A stretch of DNA of 64,000 nt from the human T2T-CHM13v2.0 reference genome, Homo sapiens. Location: the NCBI RefSeq assembly GCF_009914755.1, contig NC_060926.1; one strand, written 5' to 3'. A model generated the notes under the pieces. The model ran no database searches. It was given only the letters and a program-made list of their open reading frames with translations, and was not told where the DNA came from. Positions 24,907 to 36,323 of this stretch are shown here, in pieces. How positions within the stretch are numbered: the stretch's first letter is position 1; every line of letters starts with the position of its first letter. The position numbers and the translations under genes are program-made.

Positions 24907-25713
24907 TCTAAAAATAAGCATATCAAGATCCAAACTGACCACATTTCCTTCCAATCCCTTACCTCCTTCTCAAAGTTCTCTCTTAACTAATTCTAATCTT
25001 GTCCCTCCAGTTCAGTCATGGAACTATTATCTCCTTGGCTTATTCTTGTACTTTCTCCCTCTCCACTGCCTCACCCCTTTATTTCCCCAGCCTTTGCCAA
25101 TTCTTCCCAGTTGCCCCTTTCTGGTTTATCCATTTTCATAGCCTGTTAGCATTCTCTTACGTTTGGCCATTCAAAATCTCTCCCCAGCCTTTCAAGTGTC
25201 TATCACTAATCTTTCATACATGCCTTTCTATTGCAGGAAGTTAGGTGTTGGCACCTTAAGGGAAATAATACCTACTTCTAATTTGAACTAGCACTCAGGA
25301 ACTACTGCTGACTGAATAACTAATGGGAAATGACAATGGGAAAAAATGAACGACAATGGGAAAAAAAAGCAGTCAATATCTATTAAATGCCTAAGTACAA
25401 GCCAAGGGGCTCCATCCTTTAAACACCATAGCAAATTATCTTTCAACATTTTTCCATCGTGAGCCTCCCCTGCTCAACTGGTGCCAGCTGGATTAACTTT
25501 CCATAGTTCAAGGTCTTCCACCGATTTTTTTTATGCTCCCTCATACTTCTGCATTCCCACCCTCCCTAGATTTTTTGCTGGTCCTATAATCTTCTCAACC
25601 AGAAGATATACTTAATCTTCTCAGCCCATCTTCATCTGCATCATTCTCCTTGCCTTGAAAATGTTCTTCCCCTCTTCCCCACCATTTTGATTCTTTTAAA
25701 AAGTTTTACTTGA

Positions 25714-26036
25714 GACTGGGTATGGTGGCCTATACCTGTGATCCCAATGCTTTGGGAGGCTAAAGTGGGAGGATTGTTTGAGGCCAGGAGTTCAAGAACA
25801 GCCTGGGCAACATAGTAATACTCCATTCCTCCATCTCTACAAATTTTTTTTTAATTAGCTGGGTGTAGTGCGGCATGCCTGTAAGCCCATGTACCACCAC
25901 CTGAGAGGCTGAGGCAGCAGGATCACTTGAGCCCAAGAGTTCAAGATAGCAGTGAGCCATGATCATGCCACTGCCACTGCACTCCAGCCTCTCTCCAAAA
26001 AAAAGAAAAAAAGAAAGAAAAGAAAAGAAAAACAAA
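25714..26036 (+). mobile_element. AluJ-type element
   Basis: Diverged Alu dimer, GGAGGATTG/GAGGCCAGGAGTTC, A-rich tail, degenerate TSD. Confidence 0.9.
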
Positions 26037-26270
26037 GTTTTATTTGATGTATCTTCTCAGTAAAACTTTCCTTAATTAACCCGTACCCCCTTGCATGCAG
26101 TTACCCCATTATTAGAGCACAGATTTTTAACCTGAAGTCCGTTGAAACCTATGAGATTAAATGCAAGTGTTTATGTACATGTGATCATGTGCTTTTTGTT
26201 GCAGGAAGCTCCAGGACTGTAAAGAGGTTCTCAAGTGAATCTATGACCTTGAGATTTTGTTGTAGCTCTT

Positions 26271-26613
26271 AGTAATGGTTACCAAATATTTCTGGCTCTC
26301 CTTCCTCCTGGGCTTATGATAGAATTGCACCGCCTGAACTCTTGTGATTGGGTGGCACCATGTGACAAGTTCTAGCCAATAAGCTTAGAGTCGAATGACA
26401 TGTCCCAGAGCACTTTCCCTCACCACAGAGGCAGGCAAGTTTTGAGGTGGTGGTTGCTCACATAGCTTGCTCTGTGATTGGCTGCAATGTGCAGAGTTAC
26501 CTTCCAGACCTTTCATGAACAGGTAAAGTGAGAAAATAAAGAAATAAAGTTGTTTAAGCAATTGATTTTGAGAAATTGTTATCACACATAACCTAGCCCA
26601 GCTTGACTGATAT
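26271..26613 (+). mobile_element. Old MLT1 (I/J-like) MaLR LTR
   Basis: CATGTGACAAGTTCTAGCCAAT...AATAAAGTTGTTTAAGC...CTAGCCCAGCTTGACTGATATA. Confidence 0.65.
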
Positions 26614-27367
26614 AACTATTGAACATGACTGGTTTGGAATATTGCTATAGCATGAATATTGACAGACTTTTAGTTATAATCTTACCCAAAGAAAGGAGAT
26701 AAGACCAGTTGACAGTGAGAAGCTTGTCCTGCTTTCTCCTGGGTGCTCCTGTACTCCAAGGGGCCAATCAGATGCATGTTTCCCAGCATATGAAAAGCAT
26801 ATCCATAACACTATTGGAATGTTTTTGCCAGGCATAGATATGGCATTAAGTAGCATTAAGTTCTATAGTTGTCTGAAATGTATTCCTTGTGCAATTCTCC
26901 TAGTTACACAAAAAAGAAACTATCAGAGGCTAGCGTGAACACCTTTCTGATGCTTGAAAATCCTCCTTTTTGGCCTTAGACTCTGAGCTTTCTGCAGGCT
27001 GCAGGATCTAACCAGAAATTCATTAACATCTTTATGGTTGTATTGAACTTAGGGTTTGAATTTCTTTCCATTTATATAGGCAATAAAATTTTCAAGTTGA
27101 TGCAGTGATATAAACCTTCTTTGATTTAGGCTTAACAAGAGGTTCAATATTCAAAAAAATTAAGTAAATAGTAGCACAAATAATGCTTAGAGATAACAAA
27201 GTAATACTTCAAATGACTAATTTTTTTGGGGGGGAGAAATTTTGTATTATCTTGTAGTTCAATCTTGGGTGAGGCCTAATTCCCATTTTGGAGTCCAAAA
27301 CTCTTGATTGTGTATTCTCACCTCTCTCTTCTTCCTGTCTCCAAGGGTTCTCAAGATTCATTGAGCA

Positions 27368-27667
27368 GGCAGGGCACTGTGGCTCACACCTATAATCCTA
27401 GCAGTTTGGGAGGCTGAAGCAGGAGATCACTTGAGCTTAGGAGTTGAAGACCAGCCCAGGCAACATAGAGAGACCCCATTTCTACAAAAAATTTTTAAAA
27501 ATTAGCCAGATATGATGGCACACAACTGTAGTCCCAGCTACTCGGGAGGCTGAAGTGGGAGAACCATTTGAGCCAGGAAGTTGAGGCTGCAGTAAACTGT
27601 GATTATGCCACTGAACTCCAGCCTGGGCAACAGAGTGAGACCCTGTCTCAAAAAAAAAAAAAAAAAA
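27368..27667 (+). mobile_element. AluJ-type element
   Basis: Alu dimer with poly(A) tail and degenerate TSD. Confidence 0.9.
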
Positions 27668-27759
27668 TTCAGTGACCAAAAACGTTGTGCGTGTGTGTGT
27701 GTTTTAACACTTTAGTTCCACAGCAAAACTTGCCTCAGAACATATTCAATAGGCAGGAG

Positions 27760-27930
27760 TTATGTACAGCAGAAGGTAGAAAACTGGGCTTGGGTCTGCT
27801 GTGTGACCTTAGGCAAATTACTTAACCTCCCTGGGCCTCGGTTTGTTCATTTGTCAAATGAGGGTAACATTACCTAGGCTGAGGCCTCAGAGAGTTGCTG
27901 CAAGGATTCAATTATATAATAGTTGTAGAA
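27760..27930 (+). mobile_element. MIR SINE remnant
   Basis: GCTGTGTGACCTTAGGCAAATTACTTAACCTCCCTGGGCCTCGGTTT core. Confidence 0.8.
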
Positions 27931-28089
27931 ACGCGTTGGAAGGTCTGAGGCACTCTGCAGTTGCCTTCCCTGATTATTATTCAGCTCCCAGTCCCTGGGA
28001 ATTCACTGAAACAGGGCTTGCCATGCCTGAATTTTAACATTGTAACCAACCTTAAAACATAATAATTTCCTTTTTACTGATGTGATTAG

Positions 28090-28720
28090 AATTGATTGCT
28101 GGACGCCATCGCAAACCGAGTCATTTGCAGCCTCTCCTCCATTAGACTGAAAAAGAAAAGAAACGCAAGTGTTTGCGTAACTGCTAGAAGCCTGTTTCTC
28201 TGTCAAGCCGGCGGAGGTGGAGTTTCTTCTGGGAGTCTGCTTCTGGCTCCCTTGACTTCAGCAGGGCTTGGCGTCAGACGGAAGGATTTTAAGTCAAAAC
28301 ACACACGGCTACAGGGAATACGATGAGTCATGTTCCGCCGGGGCTGAGCCGCTCCGGGGAATCAGCAGCAGAAATGAATGAGAGTGAACGCCTCCTCCAG
28401 GCCTGAGCCACCGCCTCCTCAGCCCAAGGCCAGGTTCACGGTTTTAATCATCAGTGTCTCCGCACAGCCCCGCATGGAGGGGCACGGCGGGAGCAGTTTG
28501 CACATTACACATTCACAGAGGCGCAGCCGTTCATTACAGTCATCCTCGGGCTCTGCCCTAATGAGACTCAGGAACAAGGCTTTAAATGTCATGATGCTTT
28601 TGTGTCTTTTCCTGATGGGAGAACTACACGATGCTGGTGATGCAGCCGGTTTCGGAGGAACCAGGGCGGGGGCCTCAGACGCAAACCCCGACATGACGAC
28701 TATCTCCAAGGCCCCCAGAC
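28090..28720. promoter_or_regulatory. Candidate distal enhancer ~11 kb upstream of SCG2 (CpG-retaining, bZIP-motif cluster)
   Basis: Non-repetitive GC/CpG-enriched island with TGAGTCA (28324), CGAGTCA (28117), TTGCGTAA (28173) and TGGCGTCA (28269). Confidence 0.6.
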
Positions 28721-29349
28721 CTCTTGGCTACTAAGCCAGTTAGAGGGTTCTGAGTGAATGTGCCCCTTCAGATTCCCTTTGGGGTATTTATTTCCGGACC
28801 TAAACCCTAACATCTCTAAACTGTCTGCGTCTGTCTGGCTAGCATCCACCAGCTGAAGTAGGACTTGGGTCTTTTAACAACAACAAGGAGATTAAAATCC
28901 TGTGGTTTTTTTCCTACAATGGTGAATCCCTTTCTTCTAAACTCGGCTTCATTACTCTTTATCTTAGCCAAAAGTCAAGAATCATCCACGTATTAAAAGA
29001 GACAGAGAGTCAGTTAATGGGCACATTCTGGTGCCAAACCAGGTGCCTGGGTTTGCACCTGCCTCTTCCTCTTCCTAGCTGTGGAGCCTCAAGCTATTTA
29101 TTTATTGTCTTTGTTCTTCTGCTCTCTCTCCTCTATAAAATGGAAATCATAATAGCAGTTACCTCATAGGGTTTTGTGTGACTTCAATCAGAACAATAAG
29201 CATTCGATAAATATAGTGCTATTATCATTATGACATATTTATTGACCTTTTATTTTCACCAAGACTTGCATCAGGCACTGACAACACAAAGCAAATAAAA
29301 TTCAAGGGCTGTTCATGTGGAGCCTAGTGAGGAAAATATCTATACCCAT

Positions 29350-29750
29350 TGCATAGGCTGTTTTGCATTACTATAAAGGAAGACCTGAGACTGTGTAATT
29401 TATAAAGAAAAGAGGTTTAATTGTCTCCCGCTTCTGCAGGCTGTGCAAGCATGGCACCAACATCTGCTTAGCTTCTGGTGAGGACCTCAGGAAGCTTACA
29501 GTCCCAGTGGAAGGTGAAATAAGAGCAGGCATGTCACACGGCAGGAGTGGCAGCAGGTTTGTGTGGGCAGACTTTTAAATAACCGGGTCTCACATGAACT
29601 GAGGGAGAACTCACTTATTACCAAGGGGCTGGTACTAAACCATTCATAAGGGATCCATCTCTATGATCCAGTCCTCCTGGCCTCACTTCCAACATTGGGG
29701 ATTACACCACAACATGAGATTTGGAGGGGACAAACATCTAAACCATATCA
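29350..29750 (-). mobile_element. MST (MSTA/B-like) MaLR solo LTR
   Basis: Minus strand begins TGATATGGTTTAGATGTTTGTCCCCTCCAAATCTCATGTTG. Confidence 0.85.
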
Positions 29751-29912
29751 CACATCATAGCAGGCTGTGATAAATGGGAAGACAAGGGACCAGTGGCTGG
29801 AGAGAGACCATGATTAGTGTTGCATAGGAGGGCTGGAGATTTTAGATAGCAGGGAACCTTTGAACTTGAGTGTCTAAAATGGATGGAAGCTGGCCAGGAA
29901 AAGATTGGAAGC

Positions 29913-30228
29913 AGCTGAGTGTGGTGGCTCATGCCTGTAATTCCAGCACTTTTGGAGACCGAGGCAAGAAGATTCCTTGAGCTGAGGAGTTCAAAACCAG
30001 CCTGGGCATCATGTAGAGACCCCATCTCTACAAAAATTAATAATAATAAAAATTAACCAGACATGGCAGCATGCACCTCTAGTCTCTGCTACTCAGGAGG
30101 CTGAGGCAGGAGGATCGCTTGAACCCAGAAGATTGAGGCTGCAGTGAGCCATGTTCACAGCACTGCACTCCAGCCTGCAGCCTGGGCAATGGAGCGAGAT
30201 CCTGTCTCAAAGAAAAACAAAGAAAGAA
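29913..30228 (+). mobile_element. AluJ-type element
   Basis: Diverged Alu dimer with A-rich tail. Confidence 0.9.
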
Positions 30229-31949
30229 TAGAAGCATTTGCTTCATCTCAATCTCTCAGCAAGTCTGCAGCTTTACGCAGAGCTTTCTTCAGTTGTCCGA
30301 AGAGAAGAGCAGGCTGCTCCCGGACCCTGAACGTGACCCACAGGGTATGTGGGTGTTTTAGAGCCTTATCTCTGTGTCTGGAGCCTGTCCCCACACCTGT
30401 GCTGCTCTAGAAGACACTACATGCTCCAGGGGTTTACTATGTCTCTTGCACCCAAAGATAACAAATCAAGTCAAAGAAGGGGTCTTCTTTTTTTTAAGAC
30501 AGAGAGAGAGAGAGAGAAAGGGACCAAACAGATACTTGCCAGAGGCCAAGACATTCTATGTTTTTAGGATATTCCTGATCTTGGGGCTTTGGAATTAAGT
30601 TCTCATAGCTCTCATCAAGTAGTCACAATAGGACACTCAGCTAATGACTTTTCAGGATTTCTTGGATGTGGAAAGATAAAGTGGCAAAACGAAGGGTATG
30701 TGATCATGAGAATAGCTAATGTTTATTAAGTTGACTATATGTCACACCGTTTACAATTACTATATCTTTACACTCAACCTATTGGGAATATTACATGTTG
30801 AACTATGTTAACTTGCCATTTTTAGATTTAGAAAATGATCGAATATAGCAAGTTCATGTGGTTCAAGCTAATATCATTACCATTCTGTTGATGAGGAAAC
30901 TGAAGCTTAGAGAGGGTCATGAATAGATGCAAGTGACCTGTGGTCAGATGATCTAGATTTGATTTCTGGTGACACCACTTAATAATAGTTTCTACCCTCA
31001 TAAGGATGTTGGGGGGTGGTGGCTGTTAAATAGGATACTTTAATAAATAAGGGCCTAGCACATTTTGAGATTGCAACATTCTTTTTTCTATACCAACTAA
31101 CCCTTGATCAAAGGAGAGGAAAAAATAAGTAGACTAATCCCCATTCCTAGGCAGTCAGAGGGTTAGGGGTGGGCGCTGGGCCTCCTGGTATCCTGCATTG
31201 ACTACCAGGCCTGGTCCTGTTGTCCCCAGTTCCCAAGATCTAGTAAGAGAGAAGCATTTAAATGATCACTCTGAAAAGGAGGATTCAGTGATGAGTAGAA
31301 CATAGAGCAGTGACTGGGTTTGAAATCAGGAAACTGGGGACAGAGGTCCTTTGTTGAGTTTCTGGAGACTTGGGATGACACTCTCAGTTTTGCTTAAAGG
31401 GACCACTAAGAAGGCAACAAAAACTACTGGGGTGGAGCATAAGAAAAACAGATACAAAAGAGAAACTGTCAAGAGTACCCATTGGTTATATCACTGATCA
31501 CCATTTCCCAGGAGCCATGGAAATGGGAAGGCTTCCCAAGAGGCCCTCAAAAAGCTTCCTCTACTGCTGCCTTCTCTTTGCTACCCTGGGGCTAGCTATA
31601 AAGGAGAGCCAGGCACCAGGTTAGCGGTGCTACACAGATACAGGAAATCTCAACCCCTCATCGGTATTAAGATTACGGCTTCCCCTCATAGTCTCACTCT
31701 TTTATTCTACTCAAAACCATGATTAGTTGAGTGAAATAAATTTAAACTTGAGAATTTGGCAATCATCTTTTAAATAAGTGGCATCCCCACTGAACAAAAC
31801 TAAATCCAACTGGGTATTGCTGAAACCAATTCTGTATAGTTGGGTCTTACATAGAGTGCATGGTAAATGTGTTCTCCCTTCCAGCCTCCTACCGTAGCAC
31901 CACGAATCTTCCATGGAAACAATTATCTCCTTCAAGAACCAGCATGACT

Positions 31950-32411
<462 letters not shown>

Positions 32412-32699
32412 TCATTTTGTGCTTATCATTACTCATGTAATTACTTGTCACCATCAACTCAAACCAAAACCACAGAGCTTTTTTAAAAGGGGTTGACAAG
32501 GAAAAGGTACTTGTTTAGGGAACACTTTACCTCATCTTGTCCCCACATAGACCTGTCCCTCCATAGCTGCATCTCAAACCTCAGACCTTAGCCTGCCATT
32601 AGCACCAACCACATTGAAATCTCAGTTTCCTGAAGCCATGTTCTCTGACAGAATCAATCTGTAATAATGACAGAACACGCTATTTGGATAACCTTCCAC

Positions 32700-33320
32700 T
32701 CATGCATTTATTCATTCATTTGCTCATTCATCAAATGTTTATTGAACTGATTGAATTATTCAGAAAGTAATGGTGCTGTGCTCTCTGCCCTCTTCGAGCT
32801 CACAGACTAGTGGCTGGGACTGAGGGTGGGTGCACTGAGCGGGGCGGGGGCGGGTAAGTGAAGGAGGCATACACGTACATCCTTGATGGATAAAACAGAA
32901 TAAAACATGTTCTCGAGAGAGGCACAAGGAAAAGGCCAAGAGGGAATAGGAGCAATTAATTCTCCAAAAGTTTCAAGAGAGCCTTCATGGATATAGTGAC
33001 ATTTGAACAAGACCTTGAAGAAGCATTCAGGAGGAAGAAAAGTGAGGTAAGAACTTGCTCTCCTGAGGGAAAGGACTGAGCAAGATACAGACTGGGGAGG
33101 AAGGAGGTTTGCTGGGGGAAAGACTTTGGTTTGCCACAAGGAAAGCAGCCAACCTTTAATGAAGGTTCACCTTGTTCCAAGCACAGGGCTAAGTGCTTTA
33201 CATTAATTAAAACATGCAATCCCTATAATAACGAGACAGGTACCTTCATTGTTCGCACTTTACAGAGTGGGAAACTGAAGGCCCCAAAGATCTAACAACT
33301 TTCCCAAGCTTGGATGTTTA
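32700..33320 (-). mobile_element. L2 3' fragment followed by a MIR remnant
   Basis: CATTTATTCATTCATT...CAAATGTTTATTGA terminus; TTTACAGAGTGGGAAACTGAAGGC. Confidence 0.6.
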
Positions 33321-35311
33321 TTAAAGTGAGGAGCAGAGACCCCTGCAGGCAGTCTGCCTTCCTGACCACACCCCGCATTGCCCACGAGGATTGTGGTAGA
33401 GAAAGTCAAGCAAGGCTGGAGTCTTGACAGACATTGTCTCAAATGCAGATGAGGGGATTTGGGCTTCATTGTCAAATTTTCTAAGGAGAGAAAGGAAATA
33501 AATGACAACATGAGGGAAACAACTGGGGCAGCTGTGTGGAGAATGCATTTGCATCTTAATGAGAACATTTAACGCCTCAAGCCAGAGCTTCTAAAGAAGG
33601 GAAATTCAGACTTTCAGGTCGTCTAAAGAGGTTAGAGACTTACACATAAACGGAGGGCAGGCCCAGATCAGCTTAAAGACCCTTCACACATCCTGGGCAG
33701 GTGGCTTTCTACTGGATAGGAACCCACCTCACCCCCCCACTGCCAACGAAGTTATCTGGATCAGTCTTCTCGTTCTACAGATAAGAACAGAGAAAACTGC
33801 ATTGTTTTGCCCCAAATCCCACAGCTGGAATGTGGCTGAACAGAGGTCCAAGTACACTTCTCTATCTCCAAGTCTTGCGTTTCTTCCACGGCATGGCCCA
33901 GGTTTACACTCCCCAGTATTTAAACCAGCAGGAGCGCACCAGCGGACTGCTCCACAGCCACACCTCCAACCTCTCCCGTCTACTTCAGCCCAAGGAGCAC
34001 AGCCAGCCCTGGAGGAGCTGCAGCCCAAGATGTTGATGCTGCAAACAGGGAGATGCTGCAAACAGGGACAGTCGACCTTGACTGTCCTCCCAAACTAGTG
34101 AAGGTGCACTCCCTCACAGTCTGGCCCTACCTCCCACTCTCATTGGCCCTTTTTCTTTTTCTTTTTCTTTTCTTTTCTTTTTTTCTTGTCTGCAAAGCTT
34201 AGACCAAAGTAAGTAATCTAGAAATATCCAGAAAAGAGTTAATTAAAACAACTCAGGTTGAGAAGGCAGATGCAGAAAATCAAGGTGCTCCTGAAGTTTT
34301 GACACAGGACTCTAAGAGGGAGAAATGAATCTCAAGACCGCTGTGGGACACGTGCTCCCACAACTTCACAATTGAACACAAAGAGCTATTGCCTTACACC
34401 TAATTGCTCCAAATTAGGTGTTGCATGTAATTGCATTAAAGCCTTGCTAACTTCTTATTCGTGCATTTTTAAGGGGGGAAAAAGCCAGCCTGATTTCAGC
34501 TCTGTGCTCCTCTTCATGCCAATCTCTCATTCATTAGCTGCATTGTCTTGAGAGGAGAGTAAGGAGTCCTTCCAGCAGAGCACCACTTTTCCTGGAGTCA
34601 TTCAACTTTCTGCAGATTTGATGAGAGTAAATCCCACTAGAATTTCCCTCCCTTAGCTGAGACCATGGCTACCTGAGCTGAGAGAGGAAGACTGGGGCTG
34701 GCGGATGGGAGTAAGGGATAGTCCTGGCCGCCAGCACATAGGCAGTCAGGAGAGGCAAATGCAGTCATACCTGGGTGGCAGCCTGTCTAGTGACACTCGA
34801 AACCAGGAATGTGGCAAAACTGGTGGTGTTCCTCATGGCTAGAGAGATAGTAACAGGACGCATTTTTCCAGAGGATGGTTCTGTTCATATCTAAGTCAGG
34901 TGTGAGAATCCAAAAAAGTCCAACCAAGTAGGATTTTGACCACTACCTGTTTAGAACCCTTCAAAGGCCAGCTGCTGCCCTAGATTAACTCCCAGTCCTG
35001 ATCGCTGCCCCCGCCCCCTCCCGCTGCCAGTCCCTGCAGGGCCAGCCTTTGCTTGTCTCCCAAGTCCTGCTCTCTTTCACTCTCATCTCTGCCTTCTGTT
35101 CCTCAATTATGTGGGGCTTTCTACTGCTCCAGAACCTTTGCACATTCCACTGACTCTGCATGCAGTGTGGCTTCTTGCCCCTTCTACTTAGCTTCTATTC
35201 ACAGTCTGTAGTCCTTACTTTACTCATCATTTCCTAATAGAAATTATCCCTGACATCCCAGGTTAAAGCAGGTTCCTTTTTCATAAACTCTCAAAGAAAC
35301 TAATTTCTTAC

Positions 35312-35855
35312 TGTATTGACTATAAATTCTTATTTTTTGCATTCTTGATGCTCTGACATTAGGAGCCTTGATCCTGGTGAGACTGCCCCTCCCAAGGCCA
35401 GCTGATCTCTACTTCCCTGCGAGCAGGCCTTTAATACACAAACCAAGAAATGCACAGCCCACACCTGTAACTATCTCCTTTACCAAACTGTCACAAGCCA
35501 TGTCAACATTACCCTACCCTAAATCATCCCAGGGCCAACTATGGGACAACCAGAGAACCCCTCTAGAGCTCACATCCCCCAGATTATTCCAACTATCCAA
35601 TCCCAAGCTTACTCAGTGTGCCTATTCTGCCTCACCCATTCCCTCCTATTAAACCCAATAAAGGCTCAGGGGCTTGCTCTGCCCTTCCCCATCTCTGCCT
35701 CTTGGCCCATCCTGGCCCTACCCCACGTGGCCCTGCATGGCATGGCATGGCATGGTGTGCTGTGCTTCCTATTTCCAGGAATCAGTGAGTATAAACTTCT
35801 TCCTTCATAACAATCATTTCTGTGTCTGCACATCTTACCATACTCATTTAAAACA
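35312..35855 (+). mobile_element. ERVL-class solo LTR (MER74/MER54-like, family tentative)
   Basis: TGT...ACA termini, GAGACTGCCCCTCCCAAGG block, internal AATAAA. Confidence 0.55.
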
Positions 35856-35985
35856 AATACTGGGTGCACCTTAATACATGTACTCTCACAGGGCTTTCCT
35901 GGGTTTTTCCTATGATTTTTTTTTATGTCTGGCCCTCTAGCTTGTAAGCTCCCTGAAAGAAGTTTCCACATCTGTCAGTGCTGAC

Positions 35986-36323
35986 GTGTGTGTGTGTGTG
36001 TGTGTGTGTATTGTGTGTGTATGTGTGTGATGCAGTCTCCCTCTATCACCCAGGCTGGAGTGCAGTGGCGCAATCTCAGCTCACTGCAGCTGCCACCTCC
36101 AGAGCTCAAGCAATTCTCTGGCCTTAGCCTCCCAAGTAGCTGAGACTACAGGTGTGTGCCACCATACCCAGCTGATTTTTTTTTTTTTTTTTTTTGTAAT
36201 TTTAGTAGAGATGAGGTTTCACCATGTTGGCCAGGCTGATCTCGAACTCCTGACCTCAGGTGATCCGCTCGCCTTGACCTCCCAAAGTGCTAGAATTACA
36301 GGCATGAGCCACTGCACCCAGCC
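35986..36323 (-). mobile_element. AluS element whose tail is a (TG)n microsatellite
   Basis: Antisense Alu 36030-36323; (TG)n 35986-36029; TGCTGAC on both flanks. Confidence 0.9.

Noticed and set aside
28096-28734. Overlapping 76-118 aa ORFs on both strands
   Set aside because: Expected in GC-rich sequence; no recognisable domain or splice structure, and better explained as regulatory DNA
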